Below are positions 36,971-46,958 of a stretch of DNA of 64,000 nt, in pieces (the first letter of the stretch is position 1; every line of letters starts with the position of its first letter). The DNA is taken from positions 65,482-129,481 of the forward strand of contig QOPF01000002.1 of the NCBI GenBank assembly GCA_003331625.1, read 5' to 3'. The stretch is from Gammaproteobacteria bacterium. Its GTDB lineage: Bacteria > Pseudomonadota > Gammaproteobacteria > Magnimaribacterales > AG-339-G14. Made by a program: the position numbers and the translations under genes. Under the pieces are notes generated by a model. It was not told the origin of the DNA, made no database searches, and worked only from the letters and a program-made list of their open reading frames with translations.

Positions 36971-38160
36971 CAGGAAAATAATTCATCTATGGCATTTGTA
37001 ACTCTCTCACCAATCTCTCTTGTTTCGGCAATTGAGTAATTTTCATTAAACGGTATGAGAAAAGACCTAGATAATAAATCTTCAGCATTAGGACTTGTCC
37101 CCGGTGGATAAGTTCTTTCCTGATAAGCAAAGCCTTTCCCATACTTCTTTGGATCAATTAGAGCATTTACACATTGATAAAGTGGTGTTGGATTTGCATA
37201 TCCGTATGCACAAATTAATTCATAATCATCTTTAAGTTTCTCAAGAAGTAGATTTCTACTATCGGTATCATTCATATAAAGAGGATAAGAATAAAACGAG
37301 GAATAAGCTCCAATTAGTTTTTTTTGAATTTGAATATGGTCTTGGTAAGAGGAAAAAATATTGTCTAAAACTTCTGCTCTTTCTCTTTTTTTCTTAATTA
37401 AATCATCTAGTACTTTCAATTGAGGTTTCAAAATAGCTGCTTGAATTGCATTAAATCTAACATTAGGTGCCAAGAATTCGTAAAATCTATCTTTCAGTGG
37501 AAGATGTCGTTGCCATCCTTTATCAACTCCAATGAATGCTTTTCTATGCAATTCTTCTGAATTAGTTACAATCACTCCGCCTTCTCCACAAGTAATTTGC
37601 TTACTTTGTTGATAGCTGCCATAGGAAATATCTCCAAAACTTCCTATTTTTTTTTCATTAAATTTTGCTCCATGAGCTTGAGAAAAATCTTCCATCAAGT
37701 AAAGATCATTGGCTTTACAAAATTTTACTATTTCTTCTATGTCGGAAGGATTTCCAGCTAGATGGACAACAATTACCGCTCTTGTCTTACTAGTGATTTT
37801 TTCTTTTATTGATTCTAAGCTCATATTGAAAGTCTCGGGGTCTAAGTCTCCGAAAACGGGAATAAGATTCTCATATATAACGGGTAAAACGACTCCTATG
37901 TCTGCAACTGGGGTGATGATTATTTCGCTAGAAGGAGGTAAATCTAAAGCAACTAAACAACCGTGGAGTGCTGCAGTTCCTGAAGTACAAGTAACAGAAT
38001 GGTTTGTGTTGTAGTAATCAGCTAGATCCTTTTCTAAATTTAAAACGTAATCGGAAGAATAACGTGAAAAATTTCCTGAACTTCCAATATCAATTAGATC
38101 AGTCAAATCCTCTAATTTGAGAGGCTTAGGATATTGAAGAATAAACTCATATCTTTTCAT
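36970..38160 (-). CDS. DegT/DnrJ/EryC1/StrS-family PLP aminotransferase
   Basis: It has SGTAALH and the PLP-lysine region SYQQSKQITCGEGGVIVT. It is 396 aa long and has a 4-nt overlap with the upstream SDR. Confidence 0.85.
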   Translation of the reverse strand: MKRYEFILQYPKPLKLEDLTDLIDIGSSGNFSRYSSDYVLNLEKDLADYYNTNHSVTCTSGTAALHGCLVALDLPPSSEIIITPVADIGVVLPVIYENLIPVFGDLDPETFNMSLESIKEKITSKTRAVIVVHLAGNPSDIEEIVKFCKANDLYLMEDFSQAHGAKFNEKKIGSFGDISYGSYQQSKQITCGEGGVIVTNSEELHRKAFIGVDKGWQRHLPLKDRFYEFLAPNVRFNAIQAAILKPQLKVLDDLIKKKRERAEVLDNIFSSYQDHIQIQKKLIGAYSSFYSYPLYMNDTDSRNLLLEKLKDDYELICAYGYANPTPLYQCVNALIDPKKYGKGFAYQERTYPPGTSPNAEDLLSRSFLIPFNENYSIAETREIGERVTNAIDELFS

Positions 38161-38903
38161 TTTTGCACTATATATTTCCCGCCAGATATTACAATATTTT
38201 CACCAGTAATATAGCTTGCATCCTCAGAACAGAGAAATTTTACTGTGCCCGCCACTTGCTGTGGTGTTCCTATAGATTTAAGAGAAATAGGTTTCAATAG
38301 GGTAGATTTATTCTTTTTTATGTGACCAGAAGTCATTGGGGTTTCTATAATTCCAGGTGTAACACAATTAACCCTTATATCTTTCTGAGCAAGTTCATCT
38401 GCAGCTGATTTAGTAAAATTAATTACAGCAGCTTTATATGCTCCATAAATTGACCCTTCTGCCATGGGCATTATTGCAGCAAAGGAACTTAAATTTACTA
38501 TCGACGAGCCTTTTTTCATAAAAATAGGAGCAACTTTGCAAACTAAGATAATGGGCAAGAAGTTATTATCATGCAAATTCTTCACAAATTTGTTAGTTAT
38601 CTTTGTTACGGGACATAGTTTCCACAAACCTACTGAGTTTATAAAGTTATCTACCTTGCCAAAATTTTTCTTTATTTTTGAGAATGTTTCTAAAATTTTA
38701 CTTTCAGAAGACATATCACAAACATAGCTATTAATTTTTGTTTCAGAATTTGAAGACCTTTTAATAGATTTGACGGCTAATTTATTTCTAGAGCTATTTC
38801 TTCCTAGAATAACTATGTTTGAGCCACTCTTGTAAAATGCCTTTGCTATCTCAAGTCCGATACCCGAGTTACCGCCGGCTACGATAGTTAAATTTTTATC
38901 CAT
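38157..38903 (-). CDS. Short-chain dehydrogenase/reductase
   Basis: It has AGGNSGIG (Gly-rich), YGAYKAA (YxxxK) and PGIIETPM. Confidence 0.85.
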   Translation of the reverse strand: MDKNLTIVAGGNSGIGLEIAKAFYKSGSNIVILGRNSSRNKLAVKSIKRSSNSETKINSYVCDMSSESKILETFSKIKKNFGKVDNFINSVGLWKLCPVTKITNKFVKNLHDNNFLPIILVCKVAPIFMKKGSSIVNLSSFAAIMPMAEGSIYGAYKAAVINFTKSAADELAQKDIRVNCVTPGIIETPMTSGHIKKNKSTLLKPISLKSIGTPQQVAGTVKFLCSEDASYITGENIVISGGKYIVQK

Positions 38904-38908
38904 TGCAT

Positions 38909-39727
38909 TTATATTGGAAAAGGAGATTGACCTCCATCTATCCTTATTACTTGGCCGCTGACATATGCTGCCTGAGGGGATAATAAAAAAGACACAACTC
39001 CTGAAATATCATCAAGAGTTGCGGGTTTCAGTAATCTTGAATCTGATTTTGAAAATATTTTTTCTCTATCTTTTTTGCTTCTATCTTTTATTGTAGCAAG
39101 AAATCTACCAGTCAAAGTTCCTCCAGGAGCTATGGAATTTACATTTATATTGAAATCTCTCAAACTAACTGCAGTAGCTCTGGTGAGCTGTGCAACAGCT
39201 GTTTTTGCTATTGAGTACGATATTTCACTGTCTATACCTTGATTAGCATTCATTGAAGAGGTCGTTACGATAGACCCAAATTTCTGTTTTTTAAGTAAAG
39301 GTACAACGGCCTTTACCGAATTAAAACAAGTCAAATAATTTCTATCCATAATAATCTTGTTATCTTTAATAGAAATATCAAGATTATTATTTTTAGGCTT
39401 TTTACCATCAGCCTTTTTAGAATAGCCTGCTACATCTCCACCAGCATTAAAAACACACCCGTGTATTTCTCCGAAATCTTTAAAGATTTTTTTAAAGATT
39501 TTTTCTGTAGCAGAAAAATCAGTTAAATCACATTTATAAAATTTGTTATCGCTACCAGATGAATTAAGAGAATCTAATAATTCCTTAAGAGAAGATACCT
39601 CGCCATAAACATTGCATGCTGTGTCACTTAAATCAACTAAGGCAATACTAAAGCCTTGATTAGCAAGATAGTAAACATGATTCAAGCCCAGTCCACGGGT
39701 AGAGCCAGTAATTAATATATTTTTCAT
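38909..39727 (-). CDS. Short-chain dehydrogenase/reductase (first gene of the five-gene operon)
   Basis: It has ITGSTRGLG, YSIAKTA and APGGTLT. An insertion with a Lys-rich loop follows the NAGG motif. Confidence 0.82.
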   Translation of the reverse strand: MKNILITGSTRGLGLNHVYYLANQGFSIALVDLSDTACNVYGEVSSLKELLDSLNSSGSDNKFYKCDLTDFSATEKIFKKIFKDFGEIHGCVFNAGGDVAGYSKKADGKKPKNNNLDISIKDNKIIMDRNYLTCFNSVKAVVPLLKKQKFGSIVTTSSMNANQGIDSEISYSIAKTAVAQLTRATAVSLRDFNINVNSIAPGGTLTGRFLATIKDRSKKDREKIFSKSDSRLLKPATLDDISGVVSFLLSPQAAYVSGQVIRIDGGQSPFPI

Positions 39728-39736
39728 GATAAAAAT

Positions 39737-39772
39737 AATACTTGGGTTTAAAAAAGTATTGAACGTAATACT
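39737..39772 (-). promoter_or_regulatory. Overlapping inverted repeats (AATACT/AGTATT) immediately upstream of the operon start codon
   Basis: On the minus strand the sequence reads AGTATT-ACGTTC-AATACT-TTTTTAAACCC-AAGTATT, then 9 nt, then ATG(39727). Two mutually exclusive 6-7 bp hairpins share the central arm. This is either an operator-like 6-6-6 palindrome or a leader structure. Confidence 0.3.
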
Positions 39773-39962
39773 AGCAAAAGTTTACAAGTTTCTATACATC
39801 AAGGCACATAAACAAATGATTTAAAGTATTTTAATTTATTTATTTTTATATTTAATGATTTAAATATTCTAAAAAATATATTTATTAAAGAGGTTAAATT
39901 TTAGACGTACCGATTAAGCAAAATCTAAAAAATATTTTAAAAGAAATTTACTTTGTAAATAA

Positions 39963-40313
39963 CTAGTCATGACTAGCTCCATCTACTAATCCTATATTGA
40001 TATCTTTGGATAAATCTAAATCATCTAAGCAGTTAAAATTTACTGATATTTGATCAGGATATCTTCTTCTTTTGTGATGAGTATAAACTCCGCAAACTTT
40101 ACAAAAATAATGCTCAGCAATATTTTTATTCCATTTGTATAAACCTAAATATTCATTTCCTTCTAACAAAGTAAAAAAATTAAGTGATACCGGTTTCATT
40201 ACAATAGATTTCTTTCTACATAAGGAGCAGTTACATTTATATAGATCCTCATAAACATTCTCAGTCTCTATTTGAAAACGAACTTTCTTACAATGACAAG
40301 ATCCTTCAAACAT
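39963..40313 (-). CDS. GFA-family (glutathione-dependent formaldehyde-activating / CENP-V-like) zinc protein
   Basis: It has the Cys clusters CHCKKVRF, CNCSLCRKK and CKVCG, and is 116 aa long. Confidence 0.8.
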   Translation of the reverse strand: MFEGSCHCKKVRFQIETENVYEDLYKCNCSLCRKKSIVMKPVSLNFFTLLEGNEYLGLYKWNKNIAEHYFCKVCGVYTHHKRRRYPDQISVNFNCLDDLDLSKDINIGLVDGASHD

Positions 40314-40338
40314 CTATTACTCCCATTCAATAGTTAGT

Positions 40339-40878
40339 TTATGTAATAGTAATAATAATGAGAAGCATAAGACTGACAAAGAATGCGATTCCTGTTCGAA
40401 TTTTATTATAGTAATTCCATTTATTTTCAAATTTTATACGCTCTTTATTTAGCTTCTCTTTGTCTAAATTATTGATATCCAAGTTCTGAATTCTTCGATT
40501 TAAAGGCAGGTGGATTTGTATGGTGATACCTTGGACGCCAAATAAGTAAATACTACAAACACAAATTATCAGTAAAGAATTCGGAAATCCCAAAGTTATC
40601 ATGCAGCTCAATATCGTTACAAAAACTGAAATGGTTGATCCCAGCCAAACCAATAAAAAAAGCGGTTGATTATTTTGGATTACTTCATCTATTAGCTGGA
40701 ACGCTTTTAAGAATTCTTTATCTTCAAATTTTGAAATGCCAGGCATTACGACAATCGCAAAAACTAGAGTAATTCCAGCAACTAATGAGCATAACAGTGC
40801 TGATGAAATTAAGGATATTTCTAATATATTCAATTTATTCCCACTCAATAGTGGCTGGTGGTTTACTAGAAATGTCAT
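40339..40878 (-). CDS. DUF1772-like membrane protein
   Basis: It has four TM segments and AIVVMPG...F, typical of DUF1772 (anthrone-oxygenase-like). The ATG at 40878 overlaps the guaA 3' end by 44 nt. An in-frame TTG at 40833, directly after the guaA stop, is an alternative start. Confidence 0.6.
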   Translation of the reverse strand: MTFLVNHQPLLSGNKLNILEISLISSALLCSLVAGITLVFAIVVMPGISKFEDKEFLKAFQLIDEVIQNNQPLFLLVWLGSTISVFVTILSCMITLGFPNSLLIICVCSIYLFGVQGITIQIHLPLNRRIQNLDINNLDKEKLNKERIKFENKWNYYNKIRTGIAFFVSLMLLIIITIT

Positions 40879-42388
40879 AAACTACCCTGGAAACCTTTGG
40901 TATCTCATTAATGATTCTGTCAGAAACTTTGTTTAAAAAATTATGATTTAAATGTGATGCCTTGGCGGTCATAAAATCAACTGTCTCAGCTGCTCTTAAA
41001 GCAATAACATATTCGTACCTTCTTGCATCTCCCACCACACCAACACTTTTAATAGGCAAAAAAACTGCAAATGCTTGACTCACTTTGTCATAAAGGTTTG
41101 CCGCCATGAGTTCTTCAATAAAAATATGGTCTGCCTCTCTTAAAATATCTAACTTTGCTTTTGAAATTTCACCCAACATTCTTACCGCCAACCCTGGACC
41201 AGGAAAAGGATGCCTGCCAATTAATAATTTAGGTAATCCTAGGGTTGTACCAATTTTTCTAACTTCATCTTTGAACAATGAGTTTAAAGGTTCCACCAAA
41301 GGCAAGTCCAAGTAGTCTGGCAATCCACCAACATTATGATGGGATTTAATAACGTGAGCTTTTCCTCCCTTAATTCCTGATGACTCTATAACGTCTGGAT
41401 AAATTGTTCCTTGCGCTAAAAAAGATATATTTTTTATTTTTTTCGCTTCTTTCAAAAAGATATCAATAAAATTGTTACCAATGATTTTTCTTTTCTTTTC
41501 TGGATCAGTTTCTCCTTTTAGATTTTTTAGAAAATATTTCTCTGAATTTGAAAAATGAATTTTTATTTTTAAAGCTTTGCTAAGATCCTTGAGAACCTGT
41601 TTGGCCTCGTCTTTTCTTAACAAGCCATTATCGACAAAAATGCATTCCAGATTTTTTCCAATAGCTTTGGATAACAGTGCTGCAACAACAGAGGAATCAA
41701 CGCCCCCTGAAATACCCAACAAGACTTTTTTGCCTCCAACTTGTTTTTTAATATCTTCAATTAGTTTTTCAACGATGTTTTCCGGCTTCCAATTTCCCTG
41801 ACAACCACAAATATCTTTGGTGAAGGTTTTAAGGATAAGTTCACCTTTCTCGGTATGAGTTACTTCTGGGTGAAACTGAAGTCCATATTTGTTTAGAAGT
41901 TTATTTTCAAAAGCAGCTATTGGGCTATTTTTTGAGGATGCAATTTTTTTAAACCCTTTAGGCAAATGAGAAACTTTATCGCCATGGCTCATCCAAACTT
42001 TTAAAGGTGAAGTCTTTATTTTATTGAATAATGTACTTTTGAGCGTTTTTAATTCAGCGTGACCAAATTCACGTTTGTTTGAAGCCTTAACTTTTCCTTT
42101 GAAGTGTTGAGCCATCAGTTGCATTCCGTAGCAAATACCCAAAACAGGGATATCGCTTTCTAAAATTTGAGAATCAATTTTAAGCATCTTTTTGGCATTA
42201 ACTGATTCAGGACCGCCAGACAATATAATACCTTTGGGGTTTTCTTTGAGAATTCTTTTATAAGACGAGCTACAAGAGAGAATTTCAGAGTAAACGCCAA
42301 GCTCTCTGATTCGTCTTGCTATGAGTTGCGTATATTGAGAGCCAAAATCCAGAATAATTATTTTTTCTGAATCGATGGGATATTTCAC
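40835..42388 (-). CDS. guaA: GMP synthase (glutamine-hydrolysing)
   Basis: It has the GATase domain (GICYGMQL, catalytic Cys), the ATP-PPase P-loop [10 protein letters not shown] and the C-terminal PPATIEWE. Confidence 0.96.
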   Translation of the reverse strand: MKYPIDSEKIIILDFGSQYTQLIARRIRELGVYSEILSCSSSYKRILKENPKGIILSGGPESVNAKKMLKIDSQILESDIPVLGICYGMQLMAQHFKGKVKASNKREFGHAELKTLKSTLFNKIKTSPLKVWMSHGDKVSHLPKGFKKIASSKNSPIAAFENKLLNKYGLQFHPEVTHTEKGELILKTFTKDICGCQGNWKPENIVEKLIEDIKKQVGGKKVLLGISGGVDSSVVAALLSKAIGKNLECIFVDNGLLRKDEAKQVLKDLSKALKIKIHFSNSEKYFLKNLKGETDPEKKRKIIGNNFIDIFLKEAKKIKNISFLAQGTIYPDVIESSGIKGGKAHVIKSHHNVGGLPDYLDLPLVEPLNSLFKDEVRKIGTTLGLPKLLIGRHPFPGPGLAVRMLGEISKAKLDILREADHIFIEELMAANLYDKVSQAFAVFLPIKSVGVVGDARRYEYVIALRAAETVDFMTAKASHLNHNFLNKVSDRIINEIPKVSRVVYDISSKPPATIEWE

Positions 42389-42390
42389 TT

Positions 42391-43860
42391 TTAACTGATT
42401 CTATAGTTTGGAGCTTCTTTGGTAACGCTTACATCATGAACATGACTTTCATTAATACCAGCGGATGTTATTTTTACGAATTTCGGTTTAGTCCGCATCG
42501 TTTTTATATCTTTACTGCCCGTATATCCCATACTCTGTCTTAAACCGCCAAGCATTTGGTGTATCGCTGTTTCTACCCAGCCTTTATAAGGAACCCTGCC
42601 CTCGATACCTTCAGGAACTAACTTATCCGAACTTGAGACTTCCTCTTGAAAATAACGGTCTCCCGAATTAGTTTCTCCTGACATAGCGCCTACTGATCCC
42701 ATGCCTCGATAAGATTTGTAGCTTCTACCTTGATAAAGTTCAACTTGGCCAGGTGCCTCTTCGGTTCCGGCTAGAATACTACCCAACATCACAGTACTTG
42801 CTCCGGCTGCTATTGCCTTAGCTATGTCACCAGAAAACCTAATCCCGCCATCGGCAATAACGGGGACATTTTTTTTCCCAATTGCTTTTACAACATTTGC
42901 AATTGCTGATATCTGAGGAACGCCAACGCCCGTAACGATTCGAGTAGTGCATATTGAACCAGGACCAATGCCAACTTTTATGGCATCTGCACCTGCTTTA
43001 ATCAGGTCTAAAGCTCCCTCTCCTGTAGCAACATTTCCACCAATCACTTGAATTTTCTTGTTTAATTTCTTAATTCTTTTAACTCTTTCTATAATTCCTT
43101 TTGAATGACCATGAGCACTATCTACAACGATGACGTCTACTCCAGCAGTCAACAAGGCGTCTACCCTCTCATCAGTTTCTTCTCCATTGCCAACGGCAGC
43201 TCCAACGAGAAGCCTCCCTTCAGAATCTTTCGAAGCAAAAGGAAAGTCTTTGTTTTTATTAATGTCTTTTAAAGTTACTAATCCTTTTAAGTTAAAACCT
43301 TTGTCTACCAATAAAATCTTTTCTATTCTGTTTTTATATAAAAGGTTTTTAATATGATCAATATTTGCGGATTCTTCAGCTGTGACAAGACGTTTTTTTG
43401 GAGTCATGATCGATTTCACTGGAGCCGATAGATCCGAAACGTTTCTAAAATCTCTAGAGGTTACAATCCCAACTAGATTGCCATCATTGACAACTGGCAT
43501 CCCGGAAATATTTAAATCTTGTGTAAGTTTTATTAGCTCTCCAACACTTTTATTAGAAGCTATGGTGATAGGATCTCTGACTATGCCGCTTTCAAACTTT
43601 TTGACAATGCTGACTTCCTTGGCCTGATCTAAGATAGAAAGATTTTTGTGAATAATGCCGATTCCACCTAATTCTGCCAGAGCAATGGACATTCGACTTT
43701 CTGTTACTGTATCCATTGCAGCTGAAACAACAGGAATTTTTAAAGTTACTTCTTTTGTGAGTTTTGTGCTTAAATCGGTTTCTTGAGGTAGGACGCTAGA
43801 GTATTGCGGTACTAAAAGTACATCATCGAAGGTCAGAGCTTGCTCTTCTATACGCAACAT
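42391..43860 (-). CDS. guaB: IMP dehydrogenase
   Basis: It has [19 protein letters not shown] at the N-terminus, CBS pair, catalytic [11 protein letters not shown] and GGIRFSGD. I place the start at ATG 43860 (489 aa). The track extension to 43929 adds 23 hydrophobic residues and collides with the divergent gene. Confidence 0.95.
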   Translation of the reverse strand: MLRIEEQALTFDDVLLVPQYSSVLPQETDLSTKLTKEVTLKIPVVSAAMDTVTESRMSIALAELGGIGIIHKNLSILDQAKEVSIVKKFESGIVRDPITIASNKSVGELIKLTQDLNISGMPVVNDGNLVGIVTSRDFRNVSDLSAPVKSIMTPKKRLVTAEESANIDHIKNLLYKNRIEKILLVDKGFNLKGLVTLKDINKNKDFPFASKDSEGRLLVGAAVGNGEETDERVDALLTAGVDVIVVDSAHGHSKGIIERVKRIKKLNKKIQVIGGNVATGEGALDLIKAGADAIKVGIGPGSICTTRIVTGVGVPQISAIANVVKAIGKKNVPVIADGGIRFSGDIAKAIAAGASTVMLGSILAGTEEAPGQVELYQGRSYKSYRGMGSVGAMSGETNSGDRYFQEEVSSSDKLVPEGIEGRVPYKGWVETAIHQMLGGLRQSMGYTGSKDIKTMRTKPKFVKITSAGINESHVHDVSVTKEAPNYRIS

Positions 43861-43908
43861 TTTCAAATTATACAGAAAGGAAATAAAAAACAAAGTAATC
43901 GTAAATTT

Positions 43909-45132
43909 ATGAAATTTAAAGGCTGGCAAATGGTTTATACCGGAATGATGATGGAATTCTCCGTTGTTGGTTTTGTTTTCTATTGCTTTCCTCTAATGTT
44001 CTCAGTTTTAGAAAGAGACATCGGTGCGACGCAATCTCAAATGTCTAGTGCTTTAGCTCTGTGGTTTATAGGTTCAGCTATTGCTTCAATTTTTTTAGGT
44101 CGATTACTGGATAGGTATTCGATCAAAAAAATTATGATGATTGGTGGAATTATTTTTAGCCTAGGTTTGTTTTCTATTTCTTTTGTGGAAAGTAGTTTTA
44201 GTTTGCTTTTAATTTATGCAACTTTACTTGCAGTTGGTGGCCCTGCTTTAGGCAACCTATCTGTAACAAAATTAGTAGCTAATTGGTTTGAAAGCAACGC
44301 CGGTGTTGCCTTGGGTGTAGCTGCGATAGGTATATCTTTTTCTGGAGTTATTCTTCCTATTTTAGTAGATCCTTTAATTGATAGGATTGGTTGGCGAAAC
44401 GTATACATGGTATTCGGTTTATTAGTAATTTTTATACTCATTCCAGCAGTTAGATACTTAGTCATTGATACGCCAGAAGAAATAGGCCAACAAAAAGATA
44501 ACCTATCGGAGCAGCCAAAATCTATGTCAACTTTTGAGCTTATGGATTTAAAAGATTTTCTCAAAAAAAGTATTTTCTGGGTTATTTCTCTTGCTTTCGC
44601 TTTTCAGTTTTTAGCTATGGGAGGCGTTTTATTACACCTTCCTTTACATTCAGAAAATCTAGGCTTTCTTGGAAGTTGGTCAGTTTTTGGGTTCCCTATT
44701 AAACAAACGGTGTTTGCCTATTCTTTTGCTGCCTTCGGGGGGGTTATAGGAAAAGTATTGCTTGGCTACTTGATGGATAAATTAAAACCAAATATTCCCG
44801 TCATGCTTATGATGGCAATGCAATCTTTTGGCATATTTGGTTTAACTCTTGCTACTGATTACAGCTTGTTTATAGTTTTTTGTTTTGTTTTTGGACTTGG
44901 TTTTGGTGGCGCAATGCCTTTAATGAGCGCCAGCTTTCTAAAAGCTTTTGGTCCTCAAAATTTGGGTTCAGTCAGGGGTATCTCCGCTTTAATTATTGTG
45001 CCAGTTCAGCCAGTTGGCATGGTCTTAGTTGGCAGAGCTTTTGATTTAAATCTGTACATTGAATCTTTTTTCTTAATGGGCGCAATAACTCTTATTGGAT
45101 TTTTTATCGCCTCAAGAATAATTATTCGATAA
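43909..45132 (+). CDS. MFS transporter
   Basis: It has about 12 TM segments and the MFS loop [12 protein letters not shown] between TM2 and TM3. I prefer the start at ATG 43909 to the TTG at 43840. Confidence 0.78.
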   Translation: MKFKGWQMVYTGMMMEFSVVGFVFYCFPLMFSVLERDIGATQSQMSSALALWFIGSAIASIFLGRLLDRYSIKKIMMIGGIIFSLGLFSISFVESSFSLLLIYATLLAVGGPALGNLSVTKLVANWFESNAGVALGVAAIGISFSGVILPILVDPLIDRIGWRNVYMVFGLLVIFILIPAVRYLVIDTPEEIGQQKDNLSEQPKSMSTFELMDLKDFLKKSIFWVISLAFAFQFLAMGGVLLHLPLHSENLGFLGSWSVFGFPIKQTVFAYSFAAFGGVIGKVLLGYLMDKLKPNIPVMLMMAMQSFGIFGLTLATDYSLFIVFCFVFGLGFGGAMPLMSASFLKAFGPQNLGSVRGISALIIVPVQPVGMVLVGRAFDLNLYIESFFLMGAITLIGFFIASRIIIR

Positions 45133-45463
45133 ATAAAGAATCTGTTTTTGCTGCAGCAATAAAATCATTTTTGTGCAGTCCTTTAATTTTATGTGACCAC
45201 CATGAGACTGTAACCTTTCCCCACTCTAATAATATTTCAGGATGATGATCTTCTGCTTCTGCAAGGTGAGCTACTTTTTGAAGAAAGCCTAATGCTGAAA
45301 GATAGTCTTTAAAAGCAAAAGCACAAGTTAATTGTTCGATGCCATCAACCTCGATAATATTCCAACTTGGAATTTGAGGTAAAAGTTCTTTTTTTTCTAA
45401 AGAAGTAACAAGAGGAGCATCAGCCTTGCAAGCCTCACATTTACCTTCGATAAGTCTTTCCAT
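45122..45463 (-). CDS. Pterin-4-alpha-carbinolamine dehydratase (PCD/DCoH family)
   Basis: It has AEAEDHHPEILLEWGKVTVSWWSH, the HHP motif region of PCD. It is 113 aa long, and its ATG overlaps the fumC stop (TAATG). Confidence 0.82.
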   Translation of the reverse strand: MERLIEGKCEACKADAPLVTSLEKKELLPQIPSWNIIEVDGIEQLTCAFAFKDYLSALGFLQKVAHLAEAEDHHPEILLEWGKVTVSWWSHKIKGLHKNDFIAAAKTDSLFIE

Positions 45464-46872
45464 TAATTTATTCCGCCTTTGGTTAATTTAGCCGGATCAA
45501 GAAGTTTTTGAAGCTTGGCTTTGGATAAGTTTGTCTCTTCCATAGCAACTTCTATTATCGGTCTATTCTCTTTGTAAGCTTTTTTAGCTATTGCCGCTGC
45601 TTTTGCATAACCAATGATTGGGTTTAATGCCGTTACTAAAATAGGATTTTTATTCAAGGAAGCTTGAATAGATTTTTTATTTACCTTAAAGGTCTTAATT
45701 GCTTTATCGGCTAGAACATTCATGCCACCATCTAAAATAGCAATACTTTTAAGCAAGTTATATGCGATTACCGGAAGCATTACATTTAATTGAAAGTTAC
45801 CTGATTGGGCTCCAACTGAAATAGTTACATCGTTTCCTATTACATCAGCAGCTACCATTGCTACGGCTTCAGGTATTACAGGATTCACCTTGCCTGGCAT
45901 AATACTGCTGCCTGGCTGAAGTGCTTGAAGTTCGATTTCAGATAAACCTGAAAGTGGCCCGCTATTCATCCATCTAAGATCGTTAGAGATTTTCATCAAA
46001 ACAATGGCCAGATTTTTTAATTCCCCAGAAACCTGAACGGCAGTATCTTGCGCGCTCAATTCATGAAAAAAGTTCTCGCTAGCAACAAATTTATATTTTG
46101 CACCACTTAAGTTGCTCAATTCTTTTGCAAATAATTTAGCAAATCTTGGGTGAGCATTGATTCCAGTTCCAACTGCTGTGCCTCCTAATGGCATCTCCAA
46201 TAATCTAGCTTCCATAAAAAATAGTGTTTTTCTTGAATTTTTTAGTTGAGCTGACCAAGCTGAAAGCTCTTGACTGAAATCTACTGGCATTGCATCCATC
46301 AAATGAGTTCTGCCCGTTTTAATCATATTTTTAAGAGAAAGTGCTTTCTTATCAATTGTCGCTATTAATTTGTCCAAAGAAGGAATAAGTTTTTTTGTGA
46401 GATCCATATGGGCACTTAACTTAATGGCTGTTGGAATAACATCATTACTACTTTGACTCATATTGACATCATCGTTAGGGTCTATTTTTTGTTTGCTAGC
46501 TTTTGAAGCTAAATTTGCAATGACCTCATTAGCGTTCATATTTGAACTAGTTCCTGAACCAGTTTGAAATACATCTATTGGAAAATGAGAATTGTGCTTA
46601 CTTTGCCAGACTTCTTTGGCTGCTTTAGATATTGCATAAGCTTTTGTTGATGAAAGCAAGCCAAGTGATTTATTGGCACGAGCAGCAGCATCCTTTATCA
46701 ATCCTAAAGCATCAACAAAAGAATTTGTAAAAGGAAAATCCATTTTTATGCCGCTAATGGGAAAATTGTTAACGGCTCTTTGAGTTTGTGCTCCATACAA
46801 AGCTGAATTGGGTACGTAGACCTCTCCAAGACTATCTTCTTCAATCCTGAAACCTTTTTTTCTTTTTGGCAT
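45463..46872 (-). CDS. fumC: Class II fumarate hydratase
   Basis: It has YGAQTQRA, GSGTSSNMNANEVIAN, SQSSNDVIPTA, GRTHLMDAMP and the signature GSSIMPGKVNPV. The pattern is closer to FumC than to AspA. Confidence 0.85.
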   Translation of the reverse strand: MPKRKKGFRIEEDSLGEVYVPNSALYGAQTQRAVNNFPISGIKMDFPFTNSFVDALGLIKDAAARANKSLGLLSSTKAYAISKAAKEVWQSKHNSHFPIDVFQTGSGTSSNMNANEVIANLASKASKQKIDPNDDVNMSQSSNDVIPTAIKLSAHMDLTKKLIPSLDKLIATIDKKALSLKNMIKTGRTHLMDAMPVDFSQELSAWSAQLKNSRKTLFFMEARLLEMPLGGTAVGTGINAHPRFAKLFAKELSNLSGAKYKFVASENFFHELSAQDTAVQVSGELKNLAIVLMKISNDLRWMNSGPLSGLSEIELQALQPGSSIMPGKVNPVIPEAVAMVAADVIGNDVTISVGAQSGNFQLNVMLPVIAYNLLKSIAILDGGMNVLADKAIKTFKVNKKSIQASLNKNPILVTALNPIIGYAKAAAIAKKAYKENRPIIEVAMEETNLSKAKLQKLLDPAKLTKGGIN

Positions 46873-46958
46873 AATGTATTTTGTTTTACTAAATGAATTT
46901 TTTTAAATTGTACAAAATATTAAGTTAAAATATTGAACAATTTTCAGGAGAAGGTGAA

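Noticed and set aside
35292-39727. Calling the sugar operon a horizontally acquired island on compositional grounds.
   Set aside because: Hand counts of a few 60-nt lines gave about 30-32% G+C inside the operon versus about 35% in guaB. That is too small and too poorly sampled a difference to support the claim. There are no flanking repeats, tRNA or mobility genes. It needs a proper sliding-window GC and codon-usage computation.
43840-43929. Long 5' extensions of guaB (to 43929) and of the MFS gene (TTG at 43840) that overlap each other.
   Set aside because: The guaB homologous N-terminus begins at [13 protein letters not shown] (ATG 43860). The MFS gene has an ATG at 43909. The extensions are mutually overlapping divergent sequences with no family support.
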